Source of the DNA: Marsupella aquatica
Taxonomy: Eukaryota; Plantae; Marchantiophyta
DNA: 64,000 nt
Direction of reading: 5' to 3'
Assembly (NCBI GenBank): GCA_973895155.1
Contig: OZ316895.1
Location: forward strand, 13,317,186-13,381,185
Shown: positions 11,297 to 20,967 of the stretch, piece after piece
Layout: every line of letters starts with the position of its first letter
Position numbering within the stretch: the first letter of the stretch is position 1
Made by a program: the position numbers and the translations under genes
The notes under the pieces: generated by a model
The model's database searches: none
What the model saw: only the letters and a program-made list of their open reading frames with translations
Told to the model about the DNA's origin: nothing

Positions 11297-12080
11297 AGTT
11301 ACTGACTGTCCGGTGTCCACTCATTGGTAAACTGGTACTGTCCACTCATTTTTCCTGAGTGGAGTTGAAATGATTGTTCGTAATCGATTGTAGTCGTTCT
11401 CATTCACTTGAAATGACTGACGGACCATGCATTATCTTTACCGGTATGTGTGATGCCTAGCTTTAGATCCGTAATTGTATCTTCCTATCTCGCTCGCAAT
11501 CGTATCTTACTTATGAAGTACCAATTACGAGCTAGAGTTTGGGCCTAGCCTTCTAGCTTCTACGTCGTAGACCCTGTACCCTCTGACTAAGGTCACGCGA
11601 CATGCCTTTAGATCCGTAATTGTATCTTCCTGTCTCACGCGCAATCGTATCTTACTCATGAAGTACCAAGTACGAGCTAGAGTTTGGGCCTAGCCTTCTA
11701 GCTTCTACGTCGTAGACCCTGTTATCCCTACACCCTTTGACTAAGGTCATGCGACTAGTCGCGTGCAGGGCAGTGCATTGACTACATTCTACCTACTTAT
11801 TGACGGTTGTGACAGGACAATGCAGTTCACGGACGTTTTACTGGCGCTTATTAGCACTACTGTCCTCAATAGTTACTGACTGTCCACTCATTTGTTCTGA
11901 GTGGATGTGAAATGATTGATCGTAATCGATTGTGGTCATTCTCATTCATTTGACATGACTGACGGACCATGCATAGTCTGTTGCCGGTATGTGTGGTACC
12001 TCTAGGGTCACGCGACCAGTCGCGTGCAGCGCAGTGCATTGACTACATTCTGCTTATTGATCGACGTGACAGGACAGTGT
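11297..12080. repeat. Nested direct duplications upstream of the transposase
   Basis: About 11460-11600 is repeated at 11605-11750; about 11335-11450 at 11875-11995; about 11745-11830 at 12006-12080. Palindromes at 11748 and 12009. Confidence 0.85.
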
Positions 12081-14149
12081 AGTGAAATTGATGGACGTGA
12101 CAGGACTGTACGCTTACAGTGATATTCTCTGATGTGCAGGATCATAATTATTATGGTGACATCAACAGTCTGGATCAGGGAAGGCGGACAAGTTATTATA
12201 GGCATACGTGAGAAACAGGTTGGAAAAGGTTGCGTGATAAGTCTTGATCCTTCCAGGGTTTGTCACAATGTTCCTCTTGGGGCGGACAGAGTTCTTCTTC
12301 TATTGGAGGAAGTTTTTGACGAGACCATTCTATGCAAAGATGACAAACTTTTGAAGGACATGATTGGGGGTTACCTTGTATGGGAAAGGAATCAGTTTTT
12401 TTGAGCTCCCATGGAATCGGAGGATGTGTTTGGCACTGTTGGTGATGATCAAGATCCAGTCAATCAAAATTCTGATGGGAACAACCATAATGAGAGTCGG
12501 TCTGGTGTGGAAGTAGTTTTACCAAAGGCCTTGTGGATGGGCATGCCTGTAAAGGTGGTGGATGAGAACAAGTTGATTTTTGCAGTGGCAACTATACATG
12601 TTCTAGATCCTATAGTGAAGCTTGGGGATGTCACCCTTGGGAATACACATGTGGGAATTCTGATCAACGATTTTGTCGAGGGAGCTACCATAGATCATCT
12701 GAAGCATAGAGATTGCTTAAAAGCTTGGTCGATGGACCAACTCATTGCCAAGGATGGCAACTTGTTGTCTTTCCACAACATCAGGCAAGTTGTGGGAGGG
12801 AACACATCTCCAACAAGTGGCAAGCGGTCCTACGTCGATAAAAGTAGGAAAAGAAAGAGTCCATCTTCCCAGACATCTAGAAGAGACACATCTTTGGCAC
12901 GTCAAGATGTGTTGTTGATAAACACTAAGGACTGTTGTAGTGAACATTGTTGCCAATATTTGGACCGCAACTTGGCTATGGCAATTAGGCAAAAGTGGTG
13001 GTCAAAATCTTTTGCGGAGCGCAAGGAGGAGGAAATCAAGGCTATTAAATATACAATACACTTGGGTACTGGAGAAAGGATTCTAGCAGTGGAGGGCAAA
13101 GTATTGTGCTTGGAGGCATGGAGAATCATTCATTCAAGAGGAAAGACTCAATTTTATGCCTTGAAGAAGACTGTGATGGCTGGAATGAACATAGGTACCC
13201 ATGGTAATGCTGGAAAAAGGCGTATGTCCGAGAAAGTATCTCAAGCGTTCATGTCAATGAAAGAGATTATTGAGGAGGCAGCTGATCATCATCCAGCCAA
13301 GTTGAGAACCATGACAGATAATACAAGGATGGTTTTGAGGGAATTGCCAACAAATCTTACTTGGGAGAATATTAGAAACAGGGTTAATGTTGTCAACCAC
13401 GAGGATGGTCTTCCTCCAATTTCCCAACCCACCTTGAGTCATCTACATCAGATGTATTTCAGGGAGTTCTCACGTCACAAAAAGGGCAACAACTTTTCAA
13501 AGTGTACAACTTGTAGTGAGTTGCTTCAACGGAAAGCAAACCTTACAGGAGCTAAGGAAGAGTTAGAGGGCCTAAGGCGTGACGAGGAGGAACATCACCA
13601 AGACCACACACAGCAAAGAATGTGCTATCATACCTGGAGATATGAGTCCATCCATCGTCCAAAGGAAGTGTTATGCCTTATTCATGATAAGATGGATCAT
13701 TCAAAGACAGCTCTCCCAAGAATGCCCTTCAATCCTAAGCATGTGGATGGTGCCCAAAAGTTCCCAATTACTGTCACTGGTATCCTTACTCATGGTCATG
13801 GTCCCAAGGCCATAGCCCAATATCATGTTGGAGTGTGGCCAGGTGATGTCAACATCACTATTGGGTCAATTGATTCAATACTAAGGATGTTGGAAAACCC
13901 AAATCCAATGATCAAATCACTTGTGGAGGGGCCAGACTCGACAAGTCTTTTTAAAGACCTCCTTTTTGGGAGAGCAGATATCTTGGAGGCAAGTGTCCTT
14001 AGAGCATTTGAGGATGACATTGCCTACATCTCAAGCCTAGGTACTTTACTCACAATCCTTTAATTTATTATTATTTAATAATATAAGCTCACACACACTG
14101 ACACTCTACTTTGTGTAGTTGTTGCTCCTCCTAGCCAAGGTTTCATTAA

Positions 14150-14202
14150 TAGGGTTTAAACCCTAAACCCTAAATTGGGGTTTAGAGTCTGACTAGGGTT
14201 TT
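14150..14202. repeat. Plant telomere-like (TTTAGGG/AAACCCT) units in both orientations inside the transposase intron
   Basis: tagggtttaaaccctaaaccctaaattggggtttag...tagggtttt. Confidence 0.65.
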
Positions 14203-15176
14203 ATTTAAAAGCATTCTGAGATTGTTACATTGTGATGCAGCACCTGAGGCACCAAAGTTCAGGCCCCTTCCACGAGTATTGAAGCTACAACTGGATAATT
14301 GTGCCTCAGACAACAAGAACAGATATATGATGGCTTATTTGTCATTGTTGACGGCAAGGGAGGTGTTTGAAGAGGTTCATCTTGGTTTTATGGTGGTTGG
14401 GCATACTCATGAGGACGTTGACGGTATGTTCGGGCATTTTTCAGAGTCTATGATGCATAACCCCACATACTCATTGCCTGAGTTAATGTCCTTGTTCATG
14501 AGAGCAAGGACACCCAATGCAGTCCCACATTTTCTACAGGAGGTCCCAGATTTCAAAAACTACTTAGCTCCATTCATGTTGAAGGGCCCTGAGGCATTGG
14601 TGGGGCATTTAAAACCCAGGCTGTTTAGGTTCTATGTTCGTCATGATAGTATGCCATGCTTCCAATACAAAATGAAGTCAACTGATCAGGGATGGTTACC
14701 CAAGGAAGGTATTGAAATGTGGTCATGGAAAGATGACAAAAGTCCTCACATCCCAATTGGGGTGCCCAAACGGCTACCAATGATGGAGTTGAAAATGCTT
14801 CCTGAAGTGCTGACAGGGTTGAAGAAGCATGTGTCATTCTTTGAGTTTATTCTAAAGCGAACAAAAGAGGAAGAACCAAAGCGACGTTGGACAACTCTCA
14901 TCAATTATTGGAATGACATTGTAGATACTCTATAGGGTGAGCAGGTGCAATATGAACCTGAAGGTGCACACAACTTGGAATACGGGTTTTGGCCTTTATC
15001 AATATGGAGAGAGCACGTTCCACCAGAATATCGAAATGTGGCATGTGAGTTGGAGGCAACAGTGGATTATGTGGGACCAGCAAAAGATAAACCTCCTGAG
15101 AGTTTTAACCCTAGGGTTGATGTTGTGAAGGGCTGTTATGTGTTGGTACGGCCGGACGACTCAGACCTGGATGTTT

Positions 15177-15597
15177 TGTTGAGCATAGACGACGATCGCA
15201 ACGGCAAGCCCATGAACCATCCAACGCACAATAGTCGACACAAGAGATACGTGGTTCACCTCCTTGAGGCTACGTCCACGGGAACACACAAGAGAGCTTT
15301 ACTGAACTCTAAGCCCGTCGGCTATACCGAGTCTCCACAGTGTACGCTCTCCCTATCTCTCAAGTGGCTCCATAACAATGAGCCTTGGTTCTACCTCTCC
15401 AAGCACACATGCCTCTTATGACATAGTGTGCAACTTAGTTGTACCTAACCACATAGTTGTACCTAATCACGTAGTTGTACCTAACCACATAGTTGTACCT
15501 AATCACGTAGTTGTACCTAACCACGTAGTTGTACCAACCCACGTTGTTGTACCAACCACGTCATACCTAACCTAGACGTAAGAGTAAATACCCAACA
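15177..15597. mobile_element. Solo LTR (421 bp) inserted in the last transposase exon
   Basis: TGTTG...CAACA termini with a perfect 5-bp TSD TGTTT (15172-15176 and 15598-15602). Removal restores the frame LDVYPVHMGLVV. Contains about 7 copies of an 18-bp repeat (acgtagttgtacctaacc) at 15435-15570. Confidence 0.9.
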
Positions 15598-16029
15598 TGT
15601 TTATCCCGTCCATATGGGGTTAGTTGTTACAGATGTGGTAGAAGGACCAGTGAATGAACAAAACCTTCTTACTCATGTATGTGGCGTTGAGTGGTTTAGA
15701 TCATTTATGGCAAAGAAGCAACGTGGTCAATCAGACTGGCAGCCAAGAGAGCGGTGGGCAGATTCTTGGGATAAGAAATGGGAACGTGATCCATCTCCAA
15801 TATACAAGGAAGCTGAGACAATAGATGTTTCCTCTGCCTTGTGGTGTTTCAAAGCACGCAAAGGACCAGTGACAGGGCTGGTAGGAATTCCAAAGAATGT
15901 TGCTGTCAAGGCAAGAGACTATCTCTTGACATGCATAGCAAGTGACAAATCCTAGACAGTAATGAAGCATGTAGTTTAGCATACAGTTTAAAAGGCAACT
16001 CAGAATAGTAGTAGCCAGAGAACTCAAGT

Positions 16030-16625
16030 TTAGACAAGTCTTATCGTCTAAGTTAGTTAGTTGGTTAGTTTATTTAAGATATAATATTAGTTAGTGGGGC
16101 CTTAGTTTGGTGATATTAAGGCATGATATTATTGACATTCAAATGAATGTCCAGTAGACATTGTAATATACAACAATCCTATTAATAAATAATAATTATA
16201 GTTACACCCTCAAGTGAACTCAACTTTCAATGATTTCTGATTTTATATGGTTCCATGCCTGATTGAGTCAAAGCAATAGAAACTAACTAATTAAAGGGTG
16301 ATACTATAATTGTAGGTCACGCACCCTGGTGGGTGTCAATCTTTTTTGTATTCAACCCTATAGTAATTAAATAGACAAGTTAGTTAGTTGGTTAGTTTAT
16401 TTAAGATATAATATTAGTTAGTGGGCCCTTAGTTTGGTGATATTAAGGCATGATATTATTGACATTCAAATGAATGTCCAGTAGACATTGTAATATACAA
16501 CAATCCTATTAATTGTTGTAAAGAAACTAATTAATTAAAGGGTGGTACTTACTATGATTGTAGGTCACGCACCCTGGTGCGTGTCAATCTTTTTTGTATT
16601 CAACCCTATAATAATTAAATAGACA
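16030..16625. repeat. Direct duplication downstream of the transposase, with a palindrome variant
   Basis: About 16050-16185 recurs at 16377-16512, and about 16279-16378 at 16522-16627. CACGCA-ccctgg-TGCGTG at 16566-16583, with a degenerate copy at about 16318. Confidence 0.85.
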
Positions 16626-18435
16626 ATTGAAACAATGAATGATAGTTTAATTAAGGATTTGTGCATGGATCAAGAGGTACTTGATGTCATTTAGTGATGC
16701 ATTGTTATAAAGATCTTGCAACAAAACATTTGAAGTTTTTGACTATCCCACCAAATGTTAAAGAGGTTGATCATTCATTAACTAATAATATTTAGATAAA
16801 ATTGGAATTAATCTAATACTTCAGTATTCCTTAAATTGGGGTTATACACACAAACGGCAATGTTAAACCTACTAGACTCTCATTAGTCTCAACCCCTTTC
16901 TACAACCTCACATTCTTAGGAATATGTTATTCTAATATACACATGTGTGTGATGCATTCTCATGCAAGGAATTGTGGGCAGACAAGGTGATGAGAAGAGA
17001 CGACCCAACAGTAGCAACATAATTGTGATGCATTACCATGCAAGGAATAATTGTGGGCAAGCAAATTGATGGGCAGAGAAGACCCAATAGTGGCAATTTA
17101 TTGGTGCCAAATACGAATTCTGATCAGAAAGGTTCAAGAATCAAGCCCCCAATTCATTGGACGAGGATGCCAAGAGAGGCGAGTGGCAGGAACAAGGGCA
17201 GGTACAAGTTGCAAGAAGTGGCAGATATGCCCAACAAAAGAGGCCCTGGAAAAGCAGTCTTCAAAAGTTGCTTGAGAAAAAAATGCATGCAAGAATGGCA
17301 TCTGACTTTGTTTATCATTTAGCAAATGTGTAGTAACTTAGACTAGAAAGAGGGTATTAATTTCAGAAAATGACGTGAAAAACGTGTATCCACATAATTG
17401 TAGATGTCAAACAGTTTCTGATAGAAGTGACATGGAATTTGGCCTGATTCAGACATTTCTCACCGTGGAGTTAAAATGGCCCCATAAACATCAAAATGTG
17501 CGCTTTTGCTTGGCCAATCGACCGCACAGTCAAATCATTCATGAGTTTTTTGTTAGCAAATTTTGCACTTTGATATTAGAGCTCAATAAAAGGCTTGATG
17601 GGGCCCTGACAAGGAAATGCCCCTTGTGAGGCCTCTTATTTTGAGAGGGAATTTCTGGGCCCCCTTTCCCTGCTGTATCCCCTACTAGGCGGCTATTACT
17701 TCCCAGCCAGGGGACCTTTGCCTCACCCTAAACTCCCTTGTTGCACACTACTGCACAACTGTGCCTCACCAATTGATTCACTGCTGCATCCAGGGTTGCC
17801 AAAATCATCAAGAAAATGAGAGTTCATGGCATCATGCAAGGTTGCTGCAGCACCGCACCGCAACCGTGGTGCTCGGAAGCATAACAGGCGATGTACACTG
17901 GTTGCAGGGACTGCCCCCAACAAGTCCCTTTTGATAGATGGGGCCTTGCCCAGCTTTTTTACCTCCTACACGGCCACATCAAGTCTCTCATTGTATTAAC
18001 AGCTACCAGATTAAACTTATAAATTCTTTCATGCCAAAAAAACAATAAAACCTACCAGATTAGGTGGAAGATGTCATTCTCACCTGCAACCTCAAGTTTT
18101 CCAATTCATGAGAGCATACCCACTGCCAGCACAGGAAACGACATCCCAATAATTGCACATACAAAAACTGATAGTCAGATACATATTTAAAATAACCCTC
18201 AAGGATTTAAAGAGAATAATTGGGTATGGAATGACATCCTATCGAGTATATTGTCACATTTTATGTGCAATTATTGGGAGGCCAGGATACAGGCCCAACA
18301 TGGTTACTTTCTTAGGGTGTTTTGTGGACAAGAGCAATTTTCCCAGGCTAGATGGGTGAGAGCATGCCCACCAGTTTACAATCTTGTGGCCTGTAACAGA
18401 TCATTTGCAGGGGCTCTATGCAGGACAGGTTTTCA

Positions 18436-18519
18436 GCACCGTAAATTTATCCGCCTTCACCCACCGGTTCCAGGTCTGCACCGTAAATTTATCCGCCTTC
18501 ACCCACCGGTTCCAGGTCT
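18436..18519. repeat. Perfect 42-bp tandem duplication
   Basis: gcaccgtaaatttatccgccttcacccaccggttccaggtct twice. Confidence 0.9.
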
Positions 18520-20009
18520 TTTGCCTGCCCCCAGGTTTGAACTGACAAACAAGTTGTCAAGTTGTCCGGCACTACAACTTGTCATTTGTCTGCTCCAAAA
18601 GGGATCAAATGTTCCTTGGAATTCGCCTATATTCCCCAACTGGTCCCGAACTTTCCCAAACCCCTCCCGGCCCGGTCCCAAACTCTCCCAAACCCCTCGG
18701 CCCGGTCTCGGACTCCCCTGGTTGAGTGAGCCTTGGCCGGGACGACCGGGTGTGACATATGTCGGATTTCGGGGCCCAGGCCCCTCATTTGTTGGACAAG
18801 TCCAAAGTGGGTGCCAACCTGCAAAGTGACCTTTGGCAAACAGCTCCAGTTGCACTATTCATCAACATTATGCTGATTGCAACCAAGTGGTGTTTGTATG
18901 GCCGTTGGGTTGGTTTTGGCAGGCGAAAACAAGGAGTATGTTGCTCGCCAGATAGGTCAGTCCAGAAACTGTTTTTGGCTGGGGACTGCCAAAATTATGC
19001 ACATGGCAGTCACTGCTGGGGAATGAACTGGTGCGATGGCTTTGTGAACTGCTAAACTTAACTACTGAACTGCCTATGTGGGGCTTGTTTTGACCTGCCA
19101 GGGTGGATGCTGAGAGAGTGATTGACCAACAGTACTACCAAGTAATCCACAAGAAGCTTCAGCAAAGCCTGATTGAAGCAGCAGAAAGAACTAGAATCAA
19201 GTTACAGGCAAGTTTTTGTAAGCACCAGAAACAGCTTTGGGAAGCAAGTGTAGTGGGCCCATCTCCCGTGCTCATGAATCAAGAACTTAACTTTACCGCC
19301 CCTTGGGACTGCTCCAAAAAGCTGCCTTCCCAGTACAGTAAACTTAGTGCACATCAAAGATATTTCAAAGTGAAAGTGTTTTTCTTGGGGCCCTTTACCC
19401 TCTTTTCCTCCCCTTCATTGGGTTGCTTTGCCTTTGGGATCATATCTCCCGGTTTGGGAGTTTTTTGCCCTTGGACTCTGTGATATATACATTTACATTC
19501 CAACCAGTAGATCTTTTGCTTCTTTTTGGTCCAAAGCTGCACAAAAAAAACAATCTCAATGTGAGACTTACTTTCCAACCAGTAGATGATTTTGTTGTCC
19601 TCGAATGCAAACTTTACTAAAAAATGCAAGATACCAACCACTACAGTAGCATTCTTCTGCTTACGTTACTGTCAGATTCACAGCTCTAGTGATAGATTGT
19701 TTCGCAGCTGTACATATAGGGACCAAATATTGTAGGGGAATGGGGTCTGGGTTGGTATACAGGCAGGAAAACAACCTCCCACAATTCCAAACTCCACCAC
19801 CCCACTAGCACAAACTCTGCTACTAACTTCCAATGCTTGATAATGCTTTCTGGCAAATCAGAGCAAATGAGTATGCCTGAAAACAGGGTGGGTTTCAGGG
19901 CCAGTGGCATTTTGAGTGAATTTCCAGGGTGAGCTGCAATAGCAGGCATTTACTGTTTTCTAAGGGCTAAATGACAAGGTCAAACAGCCGAATGGTGTTT
20001 CCCAAATGG

Positions 20010-20250
20010 CAATTTTTAAGTCACCAGGAAATGTTGATTTCACATGGCAGACCTCCAATGCAGATGAATAGAATGACTCACCTAGCCTTTCATCCAAGTC
20101 AAAGGGTAATCTTAATTTCACAAGACAGAACTAACATACAGATGAATAGAATAGCTCACCTGGACTTCTATCTGAGTCACCGGGTACTCTTCATTTCACA
20201 AGGCAGAACAAACATGAAGATGAATAGAACAACTCACGTGGACTTTTGCC
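20010..20250. repeat. Degenerate 78-bp tandem repeat, about 3 copies
   Basis: atttcaca..gcaga...agatgaatagaa...ctcac recurs near 20062, 20140 and 20218. Confidence 0.7.
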
Positions 20251-20967
20251 AATGAATCTCCCTCCCCGCCCTATTTACAGTTGCTCATGAGCTCCGCCAG
20301 TCTTGTTGGGCCTCGGATTTGGCTCATTTGCGGAAAACTCTACTGGGTGGACGTCCAACAGGTGATTTGGGGAGTAACGGACTAATGTACACGACAGTAT
20401 TCCCAGCATGTTTTCTGGTTTGTTATTTCAATGAGATTCTCACACTTGTGATTCCTAGAGGCTTAGCTTGCTTTAGAAGTCTGACTCAGTCCGAGCTTCC
20501 AAAGTGATACACTCTACGGTCAGGTGCTCAATAAAACCTGGGTAAAGGGCATTACATCGACGGTGATTAAACAAAGCTTAGCCGGCAAGATCATATTCTG
20601 CATCACCTTCACAACTGCACCTCTCTACTGCTAAGAATTACAAAATGAAGGCAAGAATTAAGATCAGCTTCATTCCTGTTCGTGCATGCACTACGTCCTA
20701 ATACCGATTCCCTTCTGCTTTCATTGTCGAGAACAAAGCTGATCTACTTAATAGAACTAATGCCTTAAGTGTTCTGCATTTTCGACTCTGACGTTTCTTT
20801 ACAGAACTAAGAATTACAATTTTCAATCGAGATTGTGTTGCGCTGCAGCAATCCACAGAATTTTTTTCAGTGGTATATACAAAACTAATCTTCTGCATTT
20901 CGCAATGATTGATACATCCTACTACCTAAGGAATTCACACATCCTGTCTACATGAATGTTACCTAGC

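Larger units (their letters stand above)
12140..15955 (+). pseudogene. DDD/E transposase, Sola-like (DUF7869-type), with two N-terminal Tnp1/En-Spm-like repeats; disrupted
   Basis: Motifs CCSEHCC, HGN, FSKCTTC, HDKMDHSKTALP, LQLDNCASDNKN and FMVVGHTHEDVDGMF. In-frame stops at 12402-12404 and 14933-14935, intron(s) at about 14041-14241, solo LTR at 15177-15597. The N-terminal GCVISLDPSRVCHNVPLG...IGGYLVW is repeated as ATIHVLDPIVKLGDVTLG. The start is probably in an upstream exon. Confidence 0.75.
1..16625. mobile_element. Large cargo-carrying DNA transposon-like unit (Sola-like/DUF7869 transposase plus cargo genes); left end outside window, right end approximate
   Basis: Transposase pseudogene at 12140-15955, densely packed non-host-like ORFs at 1-5625 and 10434-10976, and several tandem arrays. 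A shared 18-bp palindrome runs from 643 to about 16583. No TIR/TSD pair is visible in the window. Confidence 0.6.

Noticed and set aside
214-14935. U-to-C RNA editing or an alternative genetic code to explain the in-frame stops
   Set aside because: These are intron-containing nuclear-type genes, long host ORFs such as PIE1 use the standard code without such stops, and an LTR insertion plus a probable frameshift show real decay.
17590-17740. Possible right terminus/TIR of the large element (GGGCCC-rich segment)
   Set aside because: The partner end is not in the window and no TSD can be tested, so the boundary is left unassigned.
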